A stretch of 64,000 bases of DNA, taken from Marinicella sp. (GTDB lineage: Bacteria; Pseudomonadota; Gammaproteobacteria; Xanthomonadales; Marinicellaceae). Shown piece after piece: positions 48,209 through 58,707 of this stretch. Position 1 is the stretch's first letter; each line of letters begins with the position of its first letter. Both the position numbers and the translations under genes were made by a program. The notes under the pieces were generated by a model, which made no database searches, was not told the DNA's origin, and saw only the letters and a list, made by a program, of their open reading frames with translations. The stretch spans positions 2,304,001-2,368,000 of the forward strand of contig OZ246001.1 in NCBI GenBank assembly GCA_965230295.1. Direction: 5' to 3'.

Positions 48209-50149
48209 ATGATTCATTCAAAAAGAGTTCAGATTTCACTGGTTGCCTTGCTGATTATTATGACTGGTATTATCTATATGCCAGGGTTGAAAGGAGGTTA
48301 TGTATTTGACGATTTACATAGCCTGTCAAAGTTATCCATTATCAATGAAGATTTGAGTTTTGAGAAAATTTTTGACTACATTGGAGCGTCTAAAACGGGC
48401 CCTTTGAAAAGACCAGTCTCGGTGATGAGCTTTTTAATTGATGGACAAAAATGGCCTACATTTGCCTTCCCGTTCAAAAGAACCAACCTGGTTATTCATT
48501 TGATCAATGGTCTGTTGTTGTTTCTTATTGTTTTTTCAGTTTTCAAAGCCAAACTGCAATACCGGCAAAGTGCATTCTATATTTCATTATTTGCCAGTGC
48601 TTGTTGGATTCTTCACCCATTTATGGTCTCGACCACCCTGTATATTGTACAGAGGATGGCCATGTTGCCGGCGATGTTCTCGTTGTTGGGCATGTTGTTG
48701 TATGTCAGAGGCCGTTTAAATTGGCACCAAGACATCCACAGAAAAGCACAGGTACAAATGTTTTCAGCTGTGCTATTAATGGTGCCACTGGCGGTTTTGA
48801 GTAAAGAAAATGGTATTTTATTGATTTTTCATATTGCCATACTTGAGAAAATTATTTGCGCCAATTGGCTGCAGTTAAAGCCACTGAACAATCACCAGAA
48901 ATGGATGTTGATTCGCTTGCCTGTTTTGGCGTTGGTTTCGATGTTAATCCTTAAATTTCCTGGTTTCTTAAAAGGCTACGAAGTCAGAGAATTCACCCTG
49001 TTAGAAAGACTCATGAGTGAGACTCGTGCCATCTTTAAATACTTATATCATTTGTGGGTGCCTAGCTATTTCACCGAAGGTGTCTTCACCGATGGATTCA
49101 AGAAATCAACTTCATTGTTTCAGCCCATATCAACGTTGTATTCATTGGCGGGATTGTTGATCTTGGCAGTCACTGTGTTTCTATTGAGAAAGCGTTTTAT
49201 TTGGTTGTGGTTTGCCGCTGTTTTCTTTGCGATTGCACATATACTGGAATCATCATTTGTACCATTGGAGTTGTATTATGAGCACAGGAATTACTTGGCT
49301 TCTTTGTTTATGTTTGTACCATTGAGCTTATTGATTCATTGGGCTACACAACAATCAAAAGTATTTCTTGTTGTACCTTTTTTGATCATCGCCACATTGG
49401 TATTTCAAACTGTACTCAGGGTTGATATTTGGAGCGATAATCTGCGTATGCATTATTTGACCATGCAGAAATATCCTGAGTCTATCAGAGCAAGAACATT
49501 GACTGCTTCATACTTGGATAACCTTGATCGTCAGGAAGAAGCGTTGGACATCATCGCTGAAGGTGTGCAATTACACGAGAATCTGGAATTGAGGTTTAAT
49601 CAAGCATCGCTGAAGTGCAACTTGAAAATTCTGAACATGCAAGACATCAATCAATTGGTTAATGATATCAAGCGAATAGATTTCACCAAAGATGATGTGC
49701 GCCCATTGGGCAATTTAATGGCTAAATTATTGATCAAAGACTGTATGGATGACAATGCGATCGTTGCAGCTGATCATATGCTGCAAGCATTGAAAGTCAA
49801 TAAAAACGTAATAGATGGCTATGGTGAAGAGTTGATACTGTATTTGGAAGGTACTATTTTAATCGAGCAGCACCAATTTGAACGGGCTGCAACGGCGATA
49901 AAGAATTCTTTTGCTGTTACCAGTAATGACTATATTTCCATCAACAATGCTGTGATAAAATTTATTTCAAAGAGGCAAACAGACATTGCAGATCAATTAT
50001 TAAGCATTGCTGAAAATCGATACGCAAAAGAATATGAATACAAAGTTGACTGGTCGAAGTTTGGTGAAAAACTCAGAAGCACCAGGGTTGTCATTGATCA
50101 AATTAAAAAACAAAATGAAGCTATCAATAATCATTCCGGCGAAAAATGA
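48209..50149 (+). CDS. Polytopic membrane GT-C-fold protein with C-terminal TPR-like helices (TMTC-like), putative pilin glycosyltransferase
   Basis: GGYVFDD, RP.S..SF, NL.IH..NG.LLF, HP....YIVQR, SKENG, EHRNYL; about 11 hydrophobic segments. Confidence 0.75.
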   Translation: MIHSKRVQISLVALLIIMTGIIYMPGLKGGYVFDDLHSLSKLSIINEDLSFEKIFDYIGASKTGPLKRPVSVMSFLIDGQKWPTFAFPFKRTNLVIHLINGLLLFLIVFSVFKAKLQYRQSAFYISLFASACWILHPFMVSTTLYIVQRMAMLPAMFSLLGMLLYVRGRLNWHQDIHRKAQVQMFSAVLLMVPLAVLSKENGILLIFHIAILEKIICANWLQLKPLNNHQKWMLIRLPVLALVSMLILKFPGFLKGYEVREFTLLERLMSETRAIFKYLYHLWVPSYFTEGVFTDGFKKSTSLFQPISTLYSLAGLLILAVTVFLLRKRFIWLWFAAVFFAIAHILESSFVPLELYYEHRNYLASLFMFVPLSLLIHWATQQSKVFLVVPFLIIATLVFQTVLRVDIWSDNLRMHYLTMQKYPESIRARTLTASYLDNLDRQEEALDIIAEGVQLHENLELRFNQASLKCNLKILNMQDINQLVNDIKRIDFTKDDVRPLGNLMAKLLIKDCMDDNAIVAADHMLQALKVNKNVIDGYGEELILYLEGTILIEQHQFERAATAIKNSFAVTSNDYISINNAVIKFISKRQTDIADQLLSIAENRYAKEYEYKVDWSKFGEKLRSTRVVIDQIKKQNEAINNHSGEK

Positions 50150-50975
50150 AGCAAAAAGCTTGGTAACCTTGCTACCAAAGTTAAAAGAGTTACATGATGA
50201 CGCACAAATCATTGTTGTCAATGATGGCTCAACCGATGACACCAACAGTGTATGCGACTCACTGGGAGTAGAGGTTGTAGAGCACCCTTATAGCAAAGGC
50301 AATGGTGCAGCAATCAAATCGGGAGCCCGTGCATCGACCGGAGAAGTGCTTGTTTTTATGGATGGTGACGGGCAACATCGACCTGAAGACATTGCATCAT
50401 TGTTAGAAAAATACAACCAAGATTATGACATGGTGGTTGGGGCGCGAAATAAAAAGTCACAAGCATCGCTCGCACGGTTGTTTGGTAATGGGGTATATAA
50501 CAGAATTGCCAGTTACATGACTGGTCACAAAATCGATGATTTAACTTCAGGTTTTAGGGTGGTTAATGCTGAAAAGTTTAAGCAGTTTTTGTATATGTTA
50601 CCAAATGGATTTTCTTATCCAACAACTTGCACCATGGCCTTTTTCAGGGCTGGATTCTCGGTGGGATATTTACCCATTTTCGCCCCAGAAAGAATCGGCA
50701 AAAGCCACATCAATTTATTCAAAGATGGTGCTCGCTTTTTCCTGATTATTTTTAAAATTGGTACCTTGTATTCACCCATGAAATTGTTTTTTCCTGCCAG
50801 CGCTGTCTTTTTTCTGACAGGCCTGATGTATTACTTATACACTTATTTGACCGATGGTCGATTCACTAATATGGGTGTTTTATTGTTTTCAACATCCATC
50901 CTTATTTTTTTACTTGGATTGGTGTCTGAACAAATAACCACCTTGTTTTATCAAACCAAACCCAAAGACGAATGA
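50115..50975 (+). CDS. GT2 glycosyltransferase (DPM1-like polyprenol-phosphate sugar synthase type)
   Basis: SIIIPAKNE, VNDGSTD, DGDGQH, D.TSGFR, R.GKS, two C-terminal TM helices. Confidence 0.9.
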   Translation: MKLSIIIPAKNEAKSLVTLLPKLKELHDDAQIIVVNDGSTDDTNSVCDSLGVEVVEHPYSKGNGAAIKSGARASTGEVLVFMDGDGQHRPEDIASLLEKYNQDYDMVVGARNKKSQASLARLFGNGVYNRIASYMTGHKIDDLTSGFRVVNAEKFKQFLYMLPNGFSYPTTCTMAFFRAGFSVGYLPIFAPERIGKSHINLFKDGARFFLIIFKIGTLYSPMKLFFPASAVFFLTGLMYYLYTYLTDGRFTNMGVLLFSTSILIFLLGLVSEQITTLFYQTKPKDE

Positions 50976-51152
50976 CTGAATAAATGTCAAATTTTGTTAA
51001 ATAATTGTCAATATGTGTCATTATTGGCCTAATTGGTTCTGAAATCTCCTAAATTCACTTGATTTTTTAAGATTTGTTTCTTGATCTTGAGGACATTGTT
51101 TACATGTCTGATCTTTCTGTTGACAATGGTATTTTAGACAATAAACAGTATT

Positions 51153-51602
51153 ATGACGATTTCTAAGAATTCCAAAGGCTTCACATTGATTGAGTTGATG
51201 ATCGTTATAGCAATTATTGCGATTCTTATGGCTTATGCCATTCCTGCTTATCGAGATTACACCGTTCGAGCGAAAGCCGGTGAAGGGCTAAGCATATCAT
51301 CAGGCGTTAAGACATTTATTTCAGAAAACTGGGTGGCTTCAGCAGACATCACCACTTTCAACAGTGGAACAAATGGGGTGCCTGTTGCCAACACCATAAC
51401 GGGGAAAAATGTCAGTCAAGTCGCGGTTAATGCTGGCGTCATTGTGGTTTCTTTCTTCAATGACCCAACTTTGGCCGGAAATACTTTGACATTAGAGCCA
51501 CTATTACCTGGTTCAGCTGGTAACAATGGCAACAGTTTGAGGTGGCGTTGTACTTCTTCATTGGCTAACAGGTTTCTGCCGCCTGAATGCAGAACCCCAT
51601 AA
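51153..51602 (+). CDS. pilA: Second type IVa pilin (pilA paralog)
   Basis: G|[13 protein letters not shown]...[17 protein letters not shown] nearly identical to the first pilin; C-terminal CTS...EC. Confidence 0.92.
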   Translation: MTISKNSKGFTLIELMIVIAIIAILMAYAIPAYRDYTVRAKAGEGLSISSGVKTFISENWVASADITTFNSGTNGVPVANTITGKNVSQVAVNAGVIVVSFFNDPTLAGNTLTLEPLLPGSAGNNGNSLRWRCTSSLANRFLPPECRTP

Positions 51603-51692
51603 CCGCATTCAGTCAACAGTAGAATTTTTATCTTTGAATGCTGTGGCTTTGCGGGTGTGCATTTCTGACCCTCTTGACCGAATTTGCTTGGG

Positions 51693-52247
51693 TTAATTTT
51701 CTTCAAATTGTTGTGCCAGCAAGAGCAACTTTTTACTGCGTTCTTTAATCCTTTTGGCCGGCACTCCAGCATAAATACTCCATTCACTGGTGTCTTCTAA
51801 CACCAGTGACATGGCACCAATTGAAGTTCCCGTATCAAGTGTGACACCAGGCATGATGACAGATCCTGCGCCAACGATCGAATGTTGCTTTAAAGTAACT
51901 GCCTTTTTAAATTCATTTTTGTATTTGACTGGAATGGTTGAGTTGGCCATGGTCATGCCACTGTAGTCATCGGATTGGCTGAAGACTTTTACGCCATATG
52001 CCAAAGTGGTGTAATCTTCCAGCACAATGCCTTTCTCACCGCCTGCGATCAAGCACTGGGGTGTGATGTGTATGTGCTTGCCAATTGAAACATGTCCGGA
52101 TACCACACAGAAGTCATCAATCCTTGAATGGTCATTGATGCTGATCAGGTGGTGATCATAGATTGCGGCTTTGTCACTTATTTTGACGTTTTTGCCGATG
52201 TGTTTGAAACCCAGTTGGTTTAATTCTTCTTTCGTATAATAAGCCAT
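51693..52247 (-). CDS. Hexapeptide-repeat dTDP-4-amino-4,6-dideoxyhexose N-acyltransferase (VioB-like)
   Basis: MAY...GFK.IG.NVKISDKA, RIDDFC, SDDYSG..M.N, G.PAK.I.ERSKKLL pattern. Confidence 0.78.
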   Translation of the reverse strand: MAYYTKEELNQLGFKHIGKNVKISDKAAIYDHHLISINDHSRIDDFCVVSGHVSIGKHIHITPQCLIAGGEKGIVLEDYTTLAYGVKVFSQSDDYSGMTMANSTIPVKYKNEFKKAVTLKQHSIVGAGSVIMPGVTLDTGTSIGAMSLVLEDTSEWSIYAGVPAKRIKERSKKLLLLAQQFEEN

Positions 52248-53317
52248 CAGCATGAGCTCCTGAATAAAGTTTTTAATTGCTTTAAATAGTTTTCTTCAGA
52301 GAAGTAAGTCCTCACAGCCATTTGATTGTGGCTTTTTTGTGCTTCAGTCAGTCGATCTAAATCAAGTGTATTGATATCATACACCTTAAGTCCTATTTCC
52401 GTGAACAAATCCCATGAACTGATGTTTGGCTTCATGAATATTTTTTTACCCAGGCCAATCAAACTTATGGTGTTTCCCATGGCTTGTTGTCGATTGTGCG
52501 CAAATACAGCAATATCAATGTCAGATAAAAATTTCAAATAGTCTTCATAAGGCATGAATTCGGTCAAGGCCACGAACTGATCGCCAAACATTTCTTGGCC
52601 GGTTTTGATGACCTCTTTGGCATGGTTTTGGTCACCATAAGACAAAGGGGTGAATAGCTTGATGGGCTGCGATTTGAATTGACTGAGGTGCTCAAAAATC
52701 TCAAGGTGGTTGTTGCTTGGGTCTGCGGAATTCCCCACTTGGATGTTGATCCCCTCATGTGGCTTTGATTGAATATTGATGTGTTTGTATAGATTGCTTG
52801 GGTACATAAAACACTCGTGGTATTCAGCATCAAGACCATACCATCGCTTGGCCAGTGAGTAATCACCTTTGACATAGGTGACAACGTGTTTAATGTCTTT
52901 AAATACCCTGATTCTGAAAAATTCATAAATCTCATGGTAAAAATGCTTTTTCTTCAGAAGTTTATAAAAGTAAAGGTCTTTACCCCAAATCAGCCAGTAA
53001 ACCTTCTTTCTTAACCGAGGAAACAAATACAAAAATAGCAGCAACCAAGGAGATGCCAGTGAGTGGACAAAAATAGTTTTTGACCTGAACATCATGGCCA
53101 ACAATTTAAGGTGTTTAAGCACTGAAAAATAGCGTGCGAATATGAAGTTAAATTTAAATTTTTTATAGCCTTCATCATGATGGCCATAATGAAAGAGTTC
53201 ATGACAACTCAAGTCAAAGTTATGGTGAGACATGAACTCGAAAAACCCCTTTGAAAATTTCTTTTCATTGTTGAAGATATGTAAATACGCTGTCGTTTTT
53301 TTGGCTTGTTCAGTCAT
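52247..53317 (-). CDS. wecF: TDP-Fuc4NAc transferase (WecF / GT56 family)
   Basis: W.IWG.DLY, VGNSADPSNNH, PLSYG, H.RQQA.G. Confidence 0.82.
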   Translation of the reverse strand: MTEQAKKTTAYLHIFNNEKKFSKGFFEFMSHHNFDLSCHELFHYGHHDEGYKKFKFNFIFARYFSVLKHLKLLAMMFRSKTIFVHSLASPWLLLFLYLFPRLRKKVYWLIWGKDLYFYKLLKKKHFYHEIYEFFRIRVFKDIKHVVTYVKGDYSLAKRWYGLDAEYHECFMYPSNLYKHINIQSKPHEGINIQVGNSADPSNNHLEIFEHLSQFKSQPIKLFTPLSYGDQNHAKEVIKTGQEMFGDQFVALTEFMPYEDYLKFLSDIDIAVFAHNRQQAMGNTISLIGLGKKIFMKPNISSWDLFTEIGLKVYDINTLDLDRLTEAQKSHNQMAVRTYFSEENYLKQLKTLFRSSC

Positions 53318-54218
53318 GGATTTGTATGGTTTCTTTGGGTGGAGGCATGGCTTTACCAATCAAAAACATCAACAAGTCAGTCAATATGCTGATGACCCTA
53401 AATAACAGGATCACTTGCAAGGCAAAAATGGCCCCTAAGAATGGGCTGAATAATAGGGTGAACGTATACTCCCTGATGCCAACACCGCCTGGGGCTCCAG
53501 GTACCAAAAATCCAATTAAGAACGACAAGGCGAACCCGGAAACACATAAAAAATAGGGTGTTTCATAATGATTGACCACCAAGCCAGTCAGTATATAAAT
53601 AGAAAGTCCGCCCAATAATGACATACCAAAGAAAATGATATATACCTGAAATAATGTGATCACTTTATTTTGTAAAATCTCTATTTTCTCGCGGATTTTG
53701 TCCAGGAAAAAGAACACTAAAGTACCACCTAATATGCCAGCCAATACAATCAAAGATAGGTGTTTGCCGCTGATCAGTTTTGAAGCATCGTAATACAACA
53801 GATAACAAACCCCAACAGATAGAGAGGCCAAGGAAAACATCAAAATTTCAACAAATACCGAATAGGCAATGTCTGCTTTCTTAAGGTGTGTTTTTGCCAA
53901 ATAAATCCTGCCTATGAAATGGGCCACATTGCCAGGTAAGTATTTTGCGATTTGAGTCAGCGCAGTGATTCTGAATGCCGTTTTGAACTTGAACTCGGGG
54001 TATTTCTTGTTGACCAAAACAACCCAGGCAAAAGAAAATAGCACATAACCCAAAAGTCCAATACCCACTAAAAAAAGTCCTGTTAAAGTGTTAGGCCAGG
54101 AAAATGTGATCGGTTCTAATTTGGAAAAATTTTCCCACAGTATTTGCAGCAACAAATAGACAGATATGATGACCAATATGTGTCCAATGTATTTGATGTG
54201 CTTTTTGTATTTTTCCAT
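53310..54218 (-). CDS. Lysylphosphatidylglycerol-synthase TM domain / flippase-like membrane protein
   Basis: KYLPG....GR and P.APGG.G.RE motifs; about 8 TM segments. Confidence 0.8.
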   Translation of the reverse strand: MEKYKKHIKYIGHILVIISVYLLLQILWENFSKLEPITFSWPNTLTGLFLVGIGLLGYVLFSFAWVVLVNKKYPEFKFKTAFRITALTQIAKYLPGNVAHFIGRIYLAKTHLKKADIAYSVFVEILMFSLASLSVGVCYLLYYDASKLISGKHLSLIVLAGILGGTLVFFFLDKIREKIEILQNKVITLFQVYIIFFGMSLLGGLSIYILTGLVVNHYETPYFLCVSGFALSFLIGFLVPGAPGGVGIREYTFTLLFSPFLGAIFALQVILLFRVISILTDLLMFLIGKAMPPPKETIQIHD

Positions 54219-54300
54219 CTTCAGCAGTTCTCAAGTTGTCAATGCGAATTTTTGTGGGTGATGATCTTCAATGTTTTTGTTAATAATTGGGTGTTATGGG

Positions 54301-55443
54301 TCAATGATTGTATTTGTAGAACGCTTCAATACTGCTGATTACGGATTGTAATTCAGTGGCTTTGATACCATAAAACAGTGGTAACCTCAGTAAACGTTCA
54401 CTTTCTTTTGTGGTGAATTCATCAGTGCCTGATAAGCGTCCAAAATTCATGCCAGCTGGGGCGCTGTGCAAAGGTACATAGTGAAAAACACTCAATATGT
54501 CAGCTTCCTTCAGATGCTTGATCAATTGAGATCTGACATCCAGGTTTTCAACTTTAATGTAAAACATATGGGCGTTGTGCTGACAATTTGAGGGGATGCT
54601 GGGCAACTCAATGAAACCAGAATTTGCCAACCCACTTAAGCCCTTTAAATACGTGTTCCAACTGGCTAAGCGGTTGTTTCTGATTGTCTGATATTGTTCA
54701 AGTTGGCCCCATAAATAAGCCGCACTGACGTCATTCATCAAATAACTGCTGCCAATGTCGACCCAGGAGTACTTATCAACCATACCCCTGAAGAACAAGC
54801 TCCTGTTGGTACCTTTTTCTCTGATGATTTCTGCCCTTTCTACGAATTTTTTATCGTTTATAATTAATAAGCCTCCTTCACCTGCGCTGGTGTAATTTTT
54901 AGTTTCATGAAAACTGAATGCGCCCATGTGACCAATGGTTCCTAGTTGTTGATTTTGGTAGCTGCTGGTCATGGCTTGAGCAGCATCTTCAATCACATAC
55001 AAACCATGATGATCGGCAATGTTCATGATTTTTTCCATTTCACAACCCACACCTGCATAATGCACTGGAACAATGGCTTTGGTTTTTGGACTCAGTGCGG
55101 CTTCTATCTTATCCTCGTCTAAATTCATGGTGTCGGGACGGATGTCCACAAACACTATTTTGGCACCCCGTAACACAAATGCATTGGCCGTTGAGACAAA
55201 TGTATATGAAGGCATGATCACTTCATCACCAGCTTTGATGTCAAGCAGCATAGCAGCCATTTCTAGTGCATGAGTGCATGAGGTGGTTAACAGTGCTTTT
55301 TTGCAGTTCAGGTGTTGAGTGAACCATTCATGACACATCTTTGTGTAACTACCATCACCAGATATTTGTGCACTTTGCATAGACTGCATCACATGTTTTT
55401 CTTCATTCCCTGTAAATGGTGGTTTGTTAAATGGTATTTTCAT
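54301..55443 (-). CDS. wecE: dTDP-4-amino-4,6-dideoxygalactose transaminase
   Basis: IPFN.PP, TSCT.ALEMAA, EDAAQ, SFHETKN...GEGG, EKGTNRS.FFRG.VDKY.W, VFHYVPLH. Confidence 0.92.
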   Translation of the reverse strand: MKIPFNKPPFTGNEEKHVMQSMQSAQISGDGSYTKMCHEWFTQHLNCKKALLTTSCTHALEMAAMLLDIKAGDEVIMPSYTFVSTANAFVLRGAKIVFVDIRPDTMNLDEDKIEAALSPKTKAIVPVHYAGVGCEMEKIMNIADHHGLYVIEDAAQAMTSSYQNQQLGTIGHMGAFSFHETKNYTSAGEGGLLIINDKKFVERAEIIREKGTNRSLFFRGMVDKYSWVDIGSSYLMNDVSAAYLWGQLEQYQTIRNNRLASWNTYLKGLSGLANSGFIELPSIPSNCQHNAHMFYIKVENLDVRSQLIKHLKEADILSVFHYVPLHSAPAGMNFGRLSGTDEFTTKESERLLRLPLFYGIKATELQSVISSIEAFYKYNH

Positions 55444-55728
55444 AGCTCATTCTCAGCCAAGTGAACAAAAAGTAATCTCATCCAATAATGTTACCCTGAA
55501 TCAGGCCAATAAGGGACAAGAAATTTCACTGGTGTTAGATTAAGCTCAGTGATTGAATTGAAGAATGGGGCTGAGCAGACAAGTTCCGCCTGATAGTTGA
55601 TCTAAGATACGCTTTTTGAATGGTGGTTTTGAGACCAAAAGATAAATGTCGCAGTTAGACTAATAGCACATGTATATTTTGAAGGTATCTTCTATAATCA
55701 TATTAACTGTAAAGAATGAAGGGAACAT

Positions 55729-56736
55729 ATGGAGAACAGGTATCAAACTAAAAAGTCTAAGTTGAATTTGTGGCTGTATGTCACATTGACAGTGGTGGCT
55801 TTGATGTTTTTGTTATCTTTTTATTTCGATCAAGAGCCTCAATTCTTTGATGTCAATGAAGTGGCTAAAAAGAGAGCAAGTTCGCACAACCATGAATTGG
55901 TCACAGGCTATACCAGCGGTGCAACCTTTATGGAAGTGACAGATGTGTTGTTGAATAAGCCAGGTGGCTATATGTCAAATGATGTGTTGCCACCCTTTGT
56001 GCTGATGGACAACATACCCAATTGGGAATTTGGTGTGTTGGTCCAGGTGCGAGATTTTGCCCGAGTCATGCGCAATGACATCAGTCGTTCACAAAGTCAG
56101 TCAGTAGAAGACATTGACTTGAGAGAAGCTGATCCCAAGTTCCACAATGACCATGATAAGTGGATTTGGCCTCAAACAGAAGGCCGGTATCGAGAAGGTC
56201 AAGTCTATTTTCATAATTACCTCGAGCGTTTGGCAGATACCAGCGACCCTGATGGTCAATTTTTTGCCCGTACAGACAACCTGGTCATTTGGTTGAATCT
56301 GGTAGAGAAACGATTGGGGGCGATGTCACAGAAGCTGAGTGCCAGTGTTGGTCAGGATCGCGTCAACACCGATACGGGAGGTGATGAAGTGGCCGAAACT
56401 TCAACCTATAAACCCAGTGAATTGCGGGTACAAACACCATGGCTCAAGATAGATGATAATTTTTATGAAGCCCGAGGTGCAACATGGGCTTTGATTCATT
56501 TCATGAAAGCTGTTGAGGTCGATTTTAAGGGTGTCTTAGAGAAAAAGAATGCACTGGTCTCACTGCGACAGATTATACGTGAACTGGAGGCGGCCCAAGA
56601 CACCATATGGACACCCATGATACTGAACGGTTCTGGTTTTGGCTTTTTCGCCAACCATTCATTGGTGATGGCGTCATACATTTCAAGAGCCAATGCAGGT
56701 GTGATCGATTTAAGACAGCTATTAGAGGATGGTTGA
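55729..56736 (+). CDS. DUF2333 family protein
   Basis: KPGGY.SND..PP..MDN.PNWEFG, TPW..IDD.FYEARG, ANHSLVMASYISRANA. Confidence 0.9.
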   Translation: MENRYQTKKSKLNLWLYVTLTVVALMFLLSFYFDQEPQFFDVNEVAKKRASSHNHELVTGYTSGATFMEVTDVLLNKPGGYMSNDVLPPFVLMDNIPNWEFGVLVQVRDFARVMRNDISRSQSQSVEDIDLREADPKFHNDHDKWIWPQTEGRYREGQVYFHNYLERLADTSDPDGQFFARTDNLVIWLNLVEKRLGAMSQKLSASVGQDRVNTDTGGDEVAETSTYKPSELRVQTPWLKIDDNFYEARGATWALIHFMKAVEVDFKGVLEKKNALVSLRQIIRELEAAQDTIWTPMILNGSGFGFFANHSLVMASYISRANAGVIDLRQLLEDG

Positions 56737-56793
56737 ACACGTTTGAATTTGTTATCCTTGTACCTGTTTAACTACAGGCGCAAAGGGTAATTA

Positions 56794-58680
56794 ATGAACC
56801 AACATAAGTATCGCTTAGATATTCAAGGACTGAGGGCAGTTGCTGTTCTGTTGGTGGTCTTTAATCACTTGGGAATGAATATGTTTTCAGGTGGTTTTGT
56901 CGGAGTTGACGTGTTTTTTGTGATCTCTGGATATGTTATTTCTTTGGTTATCTTAAAAGAGTTTGACGCATTCAACGGATTCGATTTCAAACGATTCTAT
57001 TTAAAACGCATTCAAAGGCTGGCACCTGCCTTGGCGGTGTTAATCATAACGGTTTCTTGGTTTGTGATGTTTCAATCTCAATGGGAAGCCGAGCAAATAA
57101 ACAATACCATAAAGACCTCTTACTTTGCTTTGCTGTGGGTCAGTAATTTTTATTATGCATTCAGGGATGTGGATTATTTTGACACATCCATTGGTGAAGA
57201 ATTGTTTCTACACACGTGGTCACTGGGCGTTGAAGAACAATTCTATTTGTTTTGGCCTGTCATTCTTATCTTGTTATTAACCCATATCGCTTCACCGAAG
57301 GCCAAAATTAAGTGGATTTCAGCGCTGGTTCTGATGTCCTTGCTGTTGCATTTTATGCTTTCCCAATTTGGCGATATGGTGTCTTTTTATATGATGCCAA
57401 CCAGAATGTGGCAATTCGGCCTGGGTGGGCTGGTTGCATTTTATCATTTTAAAGGCAAGTTCAATCAATCGCTGGCTCAAATCCAGTGGTTGGCACCCAT
57501 TGGATTGGTGACAATCGTATTAAGCGCAGTGATGCTGACAGAACATAGCCGATATCCATATTGGCAGGTGATGCCGCCAACGGTAGGTGCGGCCATGGTA
57601 GTCCTGGCGACAAACCCGTCTCAACTTGGATTCACAGCCAAGGTTTTATCTCTCAAGCCAATGGTTTGGATTGGGAACCTATCCTATTCAATTTATCTGT
57701 GGCATTGGCCACTGGTTTACTTGGTTTTTGATTATTATGCAATGTCAGGGTTATGGGCCGGGTATGTTTTGTACTTCCTGCTCACTATGTCTTTATCAGC
57801 GATGAGTTTTTATCTGGTAGAAAACCCAACCCGGAAGTATCAGTTTCCAGATGCCGTTGGGTTTGTTAAAAAGGCTGTTTTTGTCAGTAGCCTGTTTGCG
57901 ATCACATTATTGATGATCCAATTCTCAAATAATTATTTCAATGGAAGCATCAGAAAAAACCAGCCAGTTAAGTATGTTGCTGCTCATGACAAGCCAGAAA
58001 TTTATAACATGGATTGTGATAGTTTTTACCACAATGATGACTTAACTCCATGTGTTTTTGGAAATGACAAGGCTGAGAACCATGTGGTTTTAATGGGCGA
58101 TTCTGTTGGCATGCAATGGTTTTCCACAGTGAAGGAAAAGTACCTGTCAATGGGATGGAAGCTCACGGTATTAACAAAGTCAAGCTGTCCACTCATTGAA
58201 ATACCTTTTTATTATCGAGTGGTTAAGTCAACTTATGATGTCTGTGACAGTTGGAAAGAGAAGGTGTATCAATACATTTTATCTATCAACCCAGATCTGA
58301 TCATTTTAGGAAATGCCAGTAATTACCCGTTTGATGAGTCGCAATGGAAACAAGGCTTGAGACAACTATTTGAAAAGCTCAGGCCAATAAAAAGTGTTGT
58401 TAAATTTGTGATCAGTTCACCCATCAATGCAGGTTGTGTTCAACAAGAGAATCAGGCTGGGCACTGTCAGTTTGTACCTGCTCAATCAGAACAATTTAAA
58501 TGGCAAAAAGAAGTGATTGCTGAGTTTACTGAAGTCAGTGTCATTGATTTGACTGAATATATATGTCCTGATGGGCTGTGCAGTGATCAAATGGGTGACA
58601 TGATCGTGTTTCGGGATAAAACTCATTTGACTGATACTTACGTCAGATCTTTGTATCAAAAAATCCAGCCATATTTTTAG
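56794..58680 (+). CDS. OafA-like acyltransferase-3 with SGNH domain
   Basis: DIQGLRA.AV, GVDVFFVISG, HTWSLGVEEQFY, SYS.YLWHWP, GDS, D..HL. Confidence 0.92.
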   Translation: MNQHKYRLDIQGLRAVAVLLVVFNHLGMNMFSGGFVGVDVFFVISGYVISLVILKEFDAFNGFDFKRFYLKRIQRLAPALAVLIITVSWFVMFQSQWEAEQINNTIKTSYFALLWVSNFYYAFRDVDYFDTSIGEELFLHTWSLGVEEQFYLFWPVILILLLTHIASPKAKIKWISALVLMSLLLHFMLSQFGDMVSFYMMPTRMWQFGLGGLVAFYHFKGKFNQSLAQIQWLAPIGLVTIVLSAVMLTEHSRYPYWQVMPPTVGAAMVVLATNPSQLGFTAKVLSLKPMVWIGNLSYSIYLWHWPLVYLVFDYYAMSGLWAGYVLYFLLTMSLSAMSFYLVENPTRKYQFPDAVGFVKKAVFVSSLFAITLLMIQFSNNYFNGSIRKNQPVKYVAAHDKPEIYNMDCDSFYHNDDLTPCVFGNDKAENHVVLMGDSVGMQWFSTVKEKYLSMGWKLTVLTKSSCPLIEIPFYYRVVKSTYDVCDSWKEKVYQYILSINPDLIILGNASNYPFDESQWKQGLRQLFEKLRPIKSVVKFVISSPINAGCVQQENQAGHCQFVPAQSEQFKWQKEVIAEFTEVSVIDLTEYICPDGLCSDQMGDMIVFRDKTHLTDTYVRSLYQKIQPYF

Positions 58681-58707
58681 TTACCAATAAGGTACTCAAC
58701 CCTGGTA

